DNA of 64,000 nt from an uncultured Holophagales bacterium (GCA_963844885.1 CAWJQA010000009.1:78125-142124), one strand, 5' to 3'; counted from the first letter of the stretch, positions 1 through 8,668 are shown. Numbers and translations are program-made. Notes: generated by a model from the letters alone, not told the origin.

Positions 1-1
1 C

Positions 2-571
2 GAGCAGGGCGATGAGATCGCGCTGCTCGCGATCCTGGACACGCCGGCGCCCTCGGAGGCGCTCCCGGAAGAGGCCGAAGAGAAGGACGACCTCTTCTGG
101 CTGCGGCAGATCGTCCACATGCGCGAGCGTTTTCTGGATCTCGATCTGGGGCTCGGCGGGTTGGAGCCCCTGAAGGAAGAGAACCAGGAAAAGGACCAGG
201 AAGAGGAGCGGCTGCGGCGCGTCGCCGGGATCCTGGCCCAGGCCGAGGTTCTGCCGGCCGACGCCGACGCCGCCTTGATGAGGCGGCTCGTGCGGGTGAG
301 CCGCGCCCAGTACCACGCCTATGTCCGCTACCGTCCGGCGGGTCCCTATCCCGGCCGGATCACGCTCCTGCGCTCGGAGGAGCTGCATCCGTCGGAGGCG
401 AGCGAGCACCTGCGCCGCGCCTTCCAGGATCCCGCGATGGGCTGGGGCGAGCTGTCGCCGCGGCCGGTCCGCGTCATCCACGTCCCCGGCGACCACGTCA
501 CCCTGCTCGTCCGTCCCCAGGTCGAAACCGTCGCGGCCCGGCTGCGCGAGGCGATCCTCCCTGATCCTTAG
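2..571 (+). CDS. C-terminal part of a thioesterase (alpha/beta-hydrolase TE) domain protein; 5' end lies outside the window
   Basis: Frame-2 ORF is open to the window edge and stops at TAG 569-571. It has a GDHVTLL His-motif and the ILDTPAP region typical of NRPS/PKS-type TE domains. Confidence 0.6.
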   Translation, partial: EQGDEIALLAILDTPAPSEALPEEAEEKDDLFWLRQIVHMRERFLDLDLGLGGLEPLKEENQEKDQEEERLRRVAGILAQAEVLPADADAALMRRLVRVSRAQYHAYVRYRPAGPYPGRITLLRSEELHPSEASEHLRRAFQDPAMGWGELSPRPVRVIHVPGDHVTLLVRPQVETVAARLREAILPDP

Positions 572-580
572 AGCTTATCC

Positions 581-1054
581 ACGGCGAAGTCACCTTCTCT
601 GCCGCAAAGTAAACTCCCCTGTCGCAAAGTCAACTCCTCTGTCGCAAAGTCAACTCCTCTGTCGCAGAGTCGACTCCCCTGTCGCAAAGTCGACTCCTCT
701 GTCGCAAAGTCGACTCCTCTGTCGCAAAGTCAACTCCTCTGTCGCAAAGTCAACTTCCCTGAGCCAAAGCAACCTTCTCTACGGCGATGTAACGTTCCCT
801 ACGCCAAAGTAACCTTACCCTGCGGCAAAGCAACCTTCCCTGGCTCCGGGAGCCTTACTTTGGCTCCGGGAAGGTTCTTTTGCCGCAGGGAAGTTTCCCT
901 GGCGCCAGAGACGTCCAAGTCCCCTCCCAGACAGCCGGGAGCCCGCCGGCCTGAGCGGGCTCCCGGCAATACGGTGAATCGATTTTCAATGAACCTCCGG
1001 TCGGCCCTGGACGGCTCCCCGGCTTGCGGGCGGCACGATACACGATCGCGAGCG
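581..1054 (+). repeat. Composite repeat, locus A: ~16 tandem 20-bp units (581-900) plus a conserved 154-nt tail (901-1054)
   Basis: Units line up exactly every 20 nt, with one 21-nt and one 19-nt unit; consensus GYCGCARAGTCRACTYCYCT. The tail has a 13-bp perfect stem at 934-946/955-967. Positions 761-1054 are almost identical to 22613-22906. Confidence 0.95.
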
Positions 1055-1196
1055 CTTTGACAATTTGGAGGGACGACGGCCGCCGAGTCCAAGGCCACCG
1101 TCGTTCCGCAGGGGTCCGCCTTTCAGGGAGGGGAGGCGGTGCCATCGCCGGAGGTGTGTGGGAGGGGCTCGTGGGTGAGCGGCGGTGGCGGCCTCT
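1051..1196 (+). repeat. 146-nt repeated element (M2), copy 1; possibly a structured RNA
   Basis: Aligns over its full length with 27789-27934, with about 5 substitutions. Three predicted stems: ACGACGG/CCGTCGT, CCGCCT/AGGCGG and GCCATCGCCG/CGGCGGTGGC. Confidence 0.85.
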
Positions 1197-1208
1197 CGAT
1201 TGGGAAAG

Positions 1209-1560
1209 TGCGACACGAAAGGAGGTCCGACGTGAACTGAGTGAACCCTGAGCAGGCCTCGATAGTTTCTCGCTGGAGCCGACCCTGCTTTCTCAAGGGG
1301 AAGGCCGTCGGAGGATGGACATGGCGGTGGTGGGACGCAGCCACCAACGGGAGTGATCTGAAATGGTCAGCTTCAGGCCGCTCTCTGTACGACAAGGTGT
1401 GTTGGTCGGAAACCCTGAACCGAGCCTACCCACTGGGACAGGGAACGCCAGCAGGCGTTGCCTGATCAGGGCGTTCAGAATGCTGTCGCCGCTATGCAAC
1501 AGCGCAAGCCAGGGCGCATCCGCCAAGAGGACCGCCCGAATTGGGCCGCACGATCCCCCA
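1209..1560 (+). pseudogene. Possible degraded group II intron / reverse-transcriptase remnant
   Basis: Starts with GTGCGAC, the group II intron 5' consensus. The frame-2 peptide SLYDKVCWSETLNRAYPLGQGTPAGV resembles the RT0 N-terminal motif (L..NL..AY...G.PGVDG). It then hits a stop and changes frame, and no full RT ORF or domain V/VI is seen. Confidence 0.25.
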
Positions 1561-1610
1561 CCTCCCCTGCGGCAGAGTCAACTTCCTCAGCCTGTGGCAT
1601 AATGAGCTCA

Positions 1611-1768
1611 TGGCGATTCCCGCGATTGATCTCGACAAGCTGTCGACAGACGGGCGCCTCGAACTGAACCTCTGGGCGTCAGCCGGAATTTCGAATCCGA
1701 CGTTTTCGATCCGGTTGGCCGATCACCTGACCCGGCAGTTGACAGGCACTGTCCCGGCTCGTGGCTGA
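1611..1768 (+). CDS. Small ORF with an addiction-module antitoxin-like motif (Unstab_antitox/TIGR02574-like); possibly degenerate
   Basis: MAIPAIDLDKLSTDGRLELNLWAS matches the LSxxxRLELxxxLWxS signature. The C-terminal half does not match the family. Confidence 0.3.
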
Positions 1769-1769
1769 G

Positions 1770-2363
1770 ATGGCCGAATACGACCCTCTCTTCACACCGG
1801 CCCGCACCGGCGAGGATGACCTCGAGCCGGTGCGGGATCATTTTCACCGGGCGAGCCGGCCGTTCCTGCGCAACCCGTGGTCGTGGTTCACCTGGGCCGT
1901 GTTTCTGCCGGCCGGCGCTTTTGCCACGCCTCTGGCTTTCCGGATGAGCGGCCCGGCGGCGGTTCTTTTCCTGTGGTCGGTGGTGATCCTGGTCGGCGGT
2001 GCGGTGGAGATTGTCGGCATCCGCCGCGCCGGTGGTGGGTTCGGCAGCGGCGCCTCCACGCTGGCCTCCTGGGTGCTGAGCGTGCAGGGCAACATCTCGC
2101 TGGTGGCGCTTCTGCTTTCCGCTTTGCTGGTGTGGGGAGACATGGCCTGGGCGCTCCCCGGGCTCTGGCTGCTCCTCCTCGGACACTCGTTTTACATGCT
2201 GGGCGGGCTCGCGTTTCCGCCGTTCCGGACCTGTGGCCTGATCTATCAGGTCGGCGGGCTCGCGTCTCTCTGGCCGGGCGGCCTCCCTCTCCTCGCCTTC
2301 GCGCTGGCGACGTTGGCCGGGAATCTCTGGATGGGGATCTCGATCTGGCGGGAGAAGGATTGA
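1770..2363 (+). CDS. Polytopic membrane protein of unknown function
   Basis: ATG at 1770, inside ORF 1761-2363. Several hydrophobic helices (FTWAVFLPAGAF, LFLWSVVILVGGAV, LWLLLLGHSFYMLGGL). Confidence 0.6.
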   Translation: MAEYDPLFTPARTGEDDLEPVRDHFHRASRPFLRNPWSWFTWAVFLPAGAFATPLAFRMSGPAAVLFLWSVVILVGGAVEIVGIRRAGGGFGSGASTLASWVLSVQGNISLVALLLSALLVWGDMAWALPGLWLLLLGHSFYMLGGLAFPPFRTCGLIYQVGGLASLWPGGLPLLAFALATLAGNLWMGISIWREKD

Positions 2364-2385
2364 TCTTTCCTATCGTGCGAGCTTT

Positions 2386-2443
2386 TCTCCCTCCCCCCCG
2401 CCCGCGCGGGGGGAGGGCCGGGGAGGGGGGAATGGGATCAATC
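2386..2443 (+). repeat. REP/MITE-like element type B, copy 1 (GC hairpin plus GGGATCAATC terminus)
   Basis: CCCTCCCCCC...GGGGGGAGGG hairpin followed by GGGGAATGGGATCAATC. Homologous to 51156-51212 (inverted) and 62021-62076. The TCA in its terminus is the stop codon of the GGDEF gene. Confidence 0.8.
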
Positions 2444-4003
2444 CTCTGCGAACTCGACCCGGTTCTTTCCGGTTCCTTTCGCGGTGTATAGCGCCTGGTC
2501 GGCCCTGGCGATCAGCTCGTCCGGATAGGTGCCGCGCCGGGGTGAGGCGGCGGCGACTCCGGCGCTCAGCGTCATGATCCGGCCCACCGGTGAGCTCTCG
2601 TGGGGGATCGCCAGCTCCTGGACGGCGGCGCGGACCGACTCCGCGTAGCGCAGCGCACCCGTGATGTCGCAGTCGGGCAGGATCGCCACGAACTCCTCGC
2701 CGCCATAGCGGGCCACCAGGTCGCCCGCCCTGCGCAGGCCGTCCCGGAGAATGGCGGCGACCTGCCGCAGGCATTCGTCCCCGCCCTGGTGACCGTACGT
2801 GTCGTTGAAGAGCTTGAACTCGTCGAGGTCGAGCATGACCAGCGCGAGGGAGGTGTCGTTCCGGTAGGCGCGCCGCCACTCGCTTTCGAGGGCTTCGTCG
2901 AAATGCCGCCGGTTGGCGATTCCCGTCAGGCCGTCGATGGACGAGAGGTGCTGGAGCCGCTGGTTTGCCTCTTCGAGCTGGCGGTTGATCGTCGCCATGC
3001 GGATGGCGCCGGCGAGTTGATCGGCAAAGGTCTTGAAGACGACCAGGTTCTCGGCCGAGAACGCTTCGGGATTGGTGCTCTCCAGGTCGAAGACCCCCAG
3101 GATCCAGTCGCGGAAGCGGATCGGCACGACAAGCTCGGAGGTCACGGCGTCGTGGAGCGGCACGTAGTCGGGATCGCCGCGCACGTCGAGCACGAGTTGC
3201 GCCTCGCCCAGGCTGAGCGCGCGGCCGACCACGCCGGTCCGCAGCGGCCAGCGTTGTCCCTGGTCCACCCGCAGCTCCAGCGTGCCGGCGCGGGCGGCAA
3301 GCTCGAACTCCGTCTCTTCCTCGTTGACCAGCAGGATCGTGACCACCGACAGGGAAAAATGTTCCTGTACGTAGTGGACGATGCGGTCGAGGAGTGAATG
3401 GAGCTCGCCCGCTTCGAGGGCCGTCTTGGAGACCTCGCTGACCATTTCGAGGAGCCGGGCGCGGCGCTGGACCTCCTGATACAATCGGGCGCTGGCGATG
3501 GCGCCCGCGATCTGTTCGGCCACCGTCTGCAGGAGCGGGAGCTGGTCGTGAAACGCTCCGACCTCCGTGCTCTCCAGGTTCAGGATGGCCACGATCCGGC
3601 CGCCGTGGCGCACCGGCACGCAAAGCTCGGAGCGGGTGTCGGGCATGGTGTCCACGTAGTCGGACGAGGTGCGCACGTCGTCGAGGAGGATCGACTCGCC
3701 GCTCAGTGCAACCAGGCCGACGATCCCGGTCCCCAGTGGGCGGGTGTAGCCGATGTTGACCGCCGACGGGAGGAGCGTGGAGAGCGCCTCGCAGACGAAG
3801 GCGCCCTGTTCGAGATCCACCGATACGCAGGAGACGAACTGCCAGCCGAAGCTCTGCATCAGCGTGTCGGTGATGCGCTGGAGCATCGGGCGCAGCTCAA
3901 GGTCGAGCGTCGCGATGCGCGCGATGTCGTTGAGCGCCTCGAGCTGCCGGTTGCGGGCTCGGGCGGGCGGGGCCATGTCGGGTTCACCCATTGGTGTGGA
4001 CAA
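2438..4003 (-). CDS. GAF-GAF-GGDEF diguanylate cyclase
   Basis: 521-aa ORF with two GAF-like N-terminal regions and a C-terminal GGDEF domain (RYGGEEF active-site motif, DxLTG upstream). Confidence 0.9.
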   Translation of the reverse strand: MSTPMGEPDMAPPARARNRQLEALNDIARIATLDLELRPMLQRITDTLMQSFGWQFVSCVSVDLEQGAFVCEALSTLLPSAVNIGYTRPLGTGIVGLVALSGESILLDDVRTSSDYVDTMPDTRSELCVPVRHGGRIVAILNLESTEVGAFHDQLPLLQTVAEQIAGAIASARLYQEVQRRARLLEMVSEVSKTALEAGELHSLLDRIVHYVQEHFSLSVVTILLVNEEETEFELAARAGTLELRVDQGQRWPLRTGVVGRALSLGEAQLVLDVRGDPDYVPLHDAVTSELVVPIRFRDWILGVFDLESTNPEAFSAENLVVFKTFADQLAGAIRMATINRQLEEANQRLQHLSSIDGLTGIANRRHFDEALESEWRRAYRNDTSLALVMLDLDEFKLFNDTYGHQGGDECLRQVAAILRDGLRRAGDLVARYGGEEFVAILPDCDITGALRYAESVRAAVQELAIPHESSPVGRIMTLSAGVAAASPRRGTYPDELIARADQALYTAKGTGKNRVEFAED

Positions 4004-4035
4004 GTGTATCCACTACGCGCGATTTGCGCGAGGGC

Positions 4036-4650
4036 TCAGGCCACCGGACGGTGGGAGAGGGTCTCGGAGCCGCTCAGGAAATCACTCAGGGAGCGGCCAC
4101 CGAGCGCCAGGAGGAGCGGCAGTCCCAGGAGCACCGAGGTGACGACTCCGCCGAGCCAGCGCCGGGCCGTCTGATCGAAGGCCAGCGGCTCGCCGTCGCG
4201 GCTGCGGGCGTCGAGCCCGGCCCAGGCCATGCCCGGGGTGTGGCCCCAGAAGGCCAGCGGCACCACCGTGTAAAGGAACGAGAACGCGAGAAGGAACAGG
4301 CCGATCGCCGGCCAGTCGGAGAGCGCCGGCCGCACGCCCAGCGAGCGGCAGCCGAGCAGCAGGCCCACGCCCACGGCGGCATGGACGAGCAGGTCCGCGG
4401 CTCCGGCGGCGAGGCGGCTGCCCACCCCGGCGCGCAGGGGGCCGCCGACGGGCGCCACTCCGGCGCCCGTCTCGTCGAGGATGGAGCCGAGGTCGGGCTC
4501 TGGTTCCGGGGGCGGTATCGACGGCATCGGCGCGGGGGACGGGGGGCGCGGAGAGCGCTTGCGCTCCACCGCCGGCCGGTCCCGCTCCTGTTCGAGAGGA
4601 AGGTCGAAGAGAAAGGGCTCGTCCGGCGGTTCCTGATCCTGGCGTCGCAT
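4036..4650 (-). CDS. RDD-family membrane protein
   Basis: ATG at 4650 overlaps the upstream stop (TGATG). The C-terminal half has the RDD-family pattern (HTPGMAWAGLDARSRDGEPL, RRWLGGVV) and TM helices. Confidence 0.7.
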   Translation of the reverse strand: MRRQDQEPPDEPFLFDLPLEQERDRPAVERKRSPRPPSPAPMPSIPPPEPEPDLGSILDETGAGVAPVGGPLRAGVGSRLAAGAADLLVHAAVGVGLLLGCRSLGVRPALSDWPAIGLFLLAFSFLYTVVPLAFWGHTPGMAWAGLDARSRDGEPLAFDQTARRWLGGVVTSVLLGLPLLLALGGRSLSDFLSGSETLSHRPVA

Positions 4651-6767
4651 CAGCGCAGGGGGAGGTGCTTGACGTAGATCCGGTAGAGCAGATCCTTGGG
4701 CCGGTCCTTGTAGGTCTGCGCGAAGGCGAGCTGTCGTTGCAACCCCTTGTCGTTCGGATCGAGGCCGACCGCCTCGTGGAAGTTGTCGACCGCCTTGTCG
4801 GAGTCCATGCGCTGGAGGTCGCGCAACCCCAAGTTGTAGTACGAGTCGACCATCAGGCGCGTCACGTCGCGGTTGGCGGGTTCGGCCTCGTGCATCCGCC
4901 AGAGATCGCGCAAGGCATGCTCCCACTCGTGCTGGCGAAAAAGATCGAGCTGGGCCGCGAGCGGCTCGGTCTGGCGCTTCGCGCTGGCCAGCATTTCGGC
5001 GTCCGCCGGTTCGAGCGGCCCCTGCGCGGCGGCCTGATCGAGCCGCCGGATGACTTCGAGGTAGTTCCCACCCTGGTACGCGTCGCGGGCGGCGGTGAGG
5101 ATGGCGAGCCTCTCCGGCGAGATGGGCGGCGGAGTCGCGGCGGGCGCGGGCGTGGCGGACGGGGTCTCCGGAGTGCCTGGAGCGTTGGTCGACCACTGCT
5201 TGATCAGCTCCTGGGCACGCTGGTAGGCCGGATCGCTCGGCGGGACCCGCTTGAGCTGCGCGAGGGCGCTCTGCGTCTTGCCGGACTTCTGGAGGTCGGT
5301 CGCCCGGCCGATCGGGTCGGTGATCGCCGGGCCGCCCAGCTCGGATTCGTCGGTCTGTGAATTGGGGAAAAGCTTGTCCCGGTTCAGATAGACGAACCCG
5401 CCACCCGCCAGGGCGAGCACCAGCACGGCGCTGCCGACGAGGACGAACGTTTTCCGTGCCCGCCCTTCGCGGGCCGGGGCGCCGATCGGCTTCGGCTTCT
5501 GCTTCGCGCGCGCGCGCTCGGCCGCGGCGACCTCGCTGGGGTCCGGCGGGATGAGGATCTCTTCCTTGAGCTCGCCGCTGTCGAGGCCGATCTCGGAAGG
5601 CATCGGCAAGGCGGACGCCGTGGTCTCCCGCGGCTTGTGCTTGACTGTCGGAACGGTGCCGGCCTCGATCTGCTGCAGGTATTCGCGGGCCGCGAAGTGG
5701 CCCGGCTGGATCTCCAGCACGCGCTCGAAAGCCAGCTTGGCGCCCTGGAGATCGCCGGCCTCGATTTTCGAAGTGCCCTCGTGGAAGACCTCCTCGGCCT
5801 GGCGTTCGCTCTCGGCCTTGAGCTTGCGCGCCTGATCGATCCGGCGCGCGGCCTCCTGATTGTCGATGTCGATCAGGAAGATGCGCGACCAGGCGTCGAT
5901 CGCCCCTTGGAGGTCACCGCTGTCATAGGCGTTCTGGCCCTCGGCCAGAAGCTCGCGGATGCGGCGGTCGGACTCCGAATCGCCGCTGCTCATGCTGGCT
6001 TCGAAGTCGGCGGCGGAGACGAGCTCCGGGTCCAGGGACGGAGCCGCGGCCGGCTCGTCGAAGGAGAGATCCAGGGGCGGCGCGTCGAAGCTCAGGTCGG
6101 GCAGGTCGAGGCTGCCGGCCGGATCATCGAAGCTCATCTCGAACCCCATGTCCGTGGCGGCGGCCTCCGGCTGACCGTACATGGCGGGGGGGGCCGGAGC
6201 CGCGGGAGCCGGAGCGCCAGCCATCGAGGCGAGGGCCGCGAGAGCCGGATGGGAATCGTCGAGCGCGCGAATCTTTTCGGCGAGGCGCGCCACCTCGTCG
6301 TGCTGGCCGAGGCGGGAGGCCTCCTGAGCGGCCTTCAGGAACTTGTTGACGTAAGGCTCGGCCTCCATCCGCTCCTGCGCCGCGGTGGCCATCCGCATCA
6401 GCTCGGGATCGCGGCCGACGGCCTCCTGTTGCTGATGGGCGAGCCCCAGCAGCTCCTGGAAGCGGCGGGCCGCAAGCAGAGACTGGAAGCTGCTCCGCAG
6501 GTCGCCCGGGCCGGCGGCCGGAGCGGGCGCACCGGTGGCCGGGGCCGGAAGGAGGTCGTCGACCCGCACCGGGCCGGTGCTGTCGCGCAGCCGCTCCTGG
6601 AGCCGCCGGGCGGGCTCGAACTGGGAGTCCATCCGGAGAACGAAATCACAGCCGAGGAGGGCCTCCTGGCGGTTCCCTTCGGCGGCGAGCCCAAGGGTCT
6701 GCTCGAAGGTCCCAAGGACCCGTTTCTGGATGTCGGAGGAGAGCGACGGATTCCCGGCGTAGGGCAT
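4650..6767 (-). CDS. TPR-repeat protein with a single central TM segment
   Basis: 705-aa intact ORF with multiple TPR-like helical repeats, a low-complexity Ala/Pro linker and the TM segment FVLVGSAVLVLALAGGGFVYL. Confidence 0.8.
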   Translation of the reverse strand: MPYAGNPSLSSDIQKRVLGTFEQTLGLAAEGNRQEALLGCDFVLRMDSQFEPARRLQERLRDSTGPVRVDDLLPAPATGAPAPAAGPGDLRSSFQSLLAARRFQELLGLAHQQQEAVGRDPELMRMATAAQERMEAEPYVNKFLKAAQEASRLGQHDEVARLAEKIRALDDSHPALAALASMAGAPAPAAPAPPAMYGQPEAAATDMGFEMSFDDPAGSLDLPDLSFDAPPLDLSFDEPAAAPSLDPELVSAADFEASMSSGDSESDRRIRELLAEGQNAYDSGDLQGAIDAWSRIFLIDIDNQEAARRIDQARKLKAESERQAEEVFHEGTSKIEAGDLQGAKLAFERVLEIQPGHFAAREYLQQIEAGTVPTVKHKPRETTASALPMPSEIGLDSGELKEEILIPPDPSEVAAAERARAKQKPKPIGAPAREGRARKTFVLVGSAVLVLALAGGGFVYLNRDKLFPNSQTDESELGGPAITDPIGRATDLQKSGKTQSALAQLKRVPPSDPAYQRAQELIKQWSTNAPGTPETPSATPAPAATPPPISPERLAILTAARDAYQGGNYLEVIRRLDQAAAQGPLEPADAEMLASAKRQTEPLAAQLDLFRQHEWEHALRDLWRMHEAEPANRDVTRLMVDSYYNLGLRDLQRMDSDKAVDNFHEAVGLDPNDKGLQRQLAFAQTYKDRPKDLLYRIYVKHLPLR

Positions 6768-6874
6768 ATCGGAAGGTAAGATGAGGTTTCAGGTTGAAAG
6801 TCGCAGCTATCCTACCAGAGGACTCCTTGGCGTACAACGAAACGAGCCTTCCCCATTGCTATACTTCCGCCCCC

Positions 6875-7774
6875 ATGCCGCCGCTGGAGTGCGTTCCCAA
6901 CGTGAGTGAAGGCCGCCGGCCGGAGGTGGTGGCCCGGCTTGCCGCCGCCGTGACCTCGGTGCCGGGCGTCCGGCTGCTCGACGTCTCCTCCGATCCCGAC
7001 CACAACCGTACGGTGTTCACCCTCGCCGGGACGGCCGGAGACCTTCGCGCGTCGCTCCTGGCGCTGTACGAGACAGCGCTGCGGGAGATCGACCTCACCC
7101 GTCACCAGGGGGTCCATCCCCGGGTCGGCGCGGTCGACGTGGCTCCGTTCGTTCCGCTGGGAGACACTCCCATGGAAGAGGCCGTGGCCGCCGCCGAGGC
7201 CCTGGCGGCGGAGGTGGCGGAGCGCTTCGACCTCCCGGTCTATCTCTATGAGAAGGCCGCGCGCCGTCCGGAGAGGCGCCTGCTGGCCGACATCCGCCGC
7301 GGCGGCTTCGAGGGCTTGCCGGCGAAGATGGCCGACCCCGCCTGGTCGCCCGACTTCGGCCCGAACCGGGTCCACCCCACCGCCGGAGCGACCGTGATCG
7401 GCGCCCGTTTCTTTCTGATCGCCTTCAACGCCGTGCTCGACACCCCGGACGTGGCCATCGCGAGAGCCGTGGCGAAGAAGGTGCGGGAGTCCGGGGGAGG
7501 ACTCCCCGCGGTGCGGGCCATGGGCGTCTTCCTGGCGAGCCGGGGCCACGCCCAGGTCAGCATGAACCTGGTGGATTTTCGGAGAACCTCGGTGCTGACC
7601 GCGCTGAACCGCGTCCGGCAGGAAGCCGAGGCTCTGGGCGCGCGGGTGGTGGAGAGCGAGCTCATCGGCCTGATGCCGGAAGAGGCGGCGACGGGAGTGA
7701 TGCGGGAGGCATTGCAGATACCAGGCTTCGCGCGGGGGAAGGTGCTCGAGAGCCACCTTCCCGGAGGGTGGTAA
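6875..7774 (+). CDS. Glutamate formimidoyltransferase (FTCD N-domain family)
   Basis: The protein from ATG 6875 begins MPPLECVPNVSEGRR, the hallmark ECVPNxSEGR N-terminus. Length is about 299 aa. Confidence 0.85.
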   Translation: MPPLECVPNVSEGRRPEVVARLAAAVTSVPGVRLLDVSSDPDHNRTVFTLAGTAGDLRASLLALYETALREIDLTRHQGVHPRVGAVDVAPFVPLGDTPMEEAVAAAEALAAEVAERFDLPVYLYEKAARRPERRLLADIRRGGFEGLPAKMADPAWSPDFGPNRVHPTAGATVIGARFFLIAFNAVLDTPDVAIARAVAKKVRESGGGLPAVRAMGVFLASRGHAQVSMNLVDFRRTSVLTALNRVRQEAEALGARVVESELIGLMPEEAATGVMREALQIPGFARGKVLESHLPGGW

Positions 7775-7886
7775 ACTTTGAGCATGGACACTCTCTCGGA
7801 GCACCTCGACTTTCTCGTTGCCCGAAGTGGTGAGGATGAGGCTACTGTTCTCGCCCAAGCCTTGCGCAAAGGGATCGATGCTCCGA

Positions 7887-8324
7887 TCAGTCACTTGGAG
7901 CGTTTTCGTGCTCTAATCGGGCAAGGAATGCGGCCGGACCGATTATCTGAATTCCCTCGAAGGGGTGAAGGACAAAAAGATCATCGTCCCCAGTTACGAT
8001 CACATGTGCCCGGCCGGCGAGAGCGGCCTCCAATACTTTGTTGTCCTTTGGATCGCGGCACGCCTCAACCGTAACAGACGAACGGACTGCTTCTCCTTCA
8101 GAGGCAAACAGGGTAACAACATTGGAGACATCTTCAGCCGAGATGCCATATTTATCTCGGAATCGCGGGCGGGTCAGGACGTCAGCAAGCTCCGCCAGGA
8201 GAGGTTCAGAATAGACGATCTGAAATCGGTGGGCCTTCAGTTGTTCCAGGATAAAACCTGTCGAGCCTTTGGGCTTCAAGATCGAACGGATGAGGATACT
8301 CGTGTCAATGACGGCACGAATCAT
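7887..8324 (-). CDS. PIN-domain toxin (PIN_3/TIGR00305-type)
   Basis: Starts MIRAVIDTSILI and has a distal acidic motif (VTGDDDL). It overlaps the upstream antitoxin by 4 nt. The patch is visibly AT-richer than its flanks. Confidence 0.9.
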   Translation of the reverse strand: MIRAVIDTSILIRSILKPKGSTGFILEQLKAHRFQIVYSEPLLAELADVLTRPRFRDKYGISAEDVSNVVTLFASEGEAVRSSVTVEACRDPKDNKVLEAALAGRAHVIVTGDDDLFVLHPFEGIQIIGPAAFLARLEHENAPSD

Positions 8325-8602
8325 CCGGCTATTTCCCTCCGCGCCTCCTCAACATCATCGGCGATCTCTTCGTCACTGTAGCCGGCGTTCTGTTCCGCCA
8401 TGCGCGCCCGGAGGCGTTCGATCCGTTCCCAGATGCCCTCCCTCTGAAGCCGCTGGAATCGCAAGTACTCGTCATAGGGAACGAGCACAGCCTCAGGCTC
8501 ATCTCGTTCGGTCACTACGCAGGAGATGTGACTCTCAGCGACCTCGCGGAGCACGGAGCGCATGTTGTACGCGAGCTCGTCTGCTGGAATTGTCCTTTGC
8601 AT
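8321..8602 (-). CDS. Phd/YefM-type antitoxin
   Basis: 93 aa, with N-terminal antitoxin-like beta-alpha pattern (VVTERDEPEAVLVPYDEY). Located immediately upstream of the PIN gene and overlapping it. Confidence 0.8.
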   Translation of the reverse strand: MQRTIPADELAYNMRSVLREVAESHISCVVTERDEPEAVLVPYDEYLRFQRLQREGIWERIERLRARMAEQNAGYSDEEIADDVEEARREIAG

Positions 8603-8624
8603 AGCTGTCGACCTTTCTCATCTA

Positions 8625-8653
8625 ATCCTAGCCGATTTCCTCCAGCATCGCAA
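8625..8653 (-). promoter_or_regulatory. Sigma70-like promoter candidate for the Phd/PIN operon
   Basis: On the minus strand: TTGCGA (8653-8648), a 17-nt spacer, then TAGGAT (8630-8625). It lies about 20 nt upstream of the antitoxin ATG. Confidence 0.4.
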
Positions 8654-8668
8654 ATTTTACGGTGATCT

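Noticed and set aside
581-900. The 20-bp tandem arrays (also 22395-22752) as CRISPR arrays
   Set aside because: The units are directly contiguous with no spacers. Unit length (20 bp) is below the CRISPR repeat range. No cas genes are nearby.
1209-1560. An intact, mobile group II intron
   Set aside because: Only a GTGCG start and a short RT0-like peptide are visible. There is no continuous RT ORF, no recognisable domain V/VI and no 3' boundary. It is reported only as a possible relic.
7778-8074. 98-aa ORF downstream of the formimidoyltransferase gene
   Set aside because: Only the first ~35 codons (…LSEHLDFLVARSGEDEATVLAQALRKGI) look like a ribbon-helix-helix fragment. The rest is antisense to the PIN toxin gene and looks non-coding. 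It could be a truncated RHH relic, but the evidence is too weak to call.
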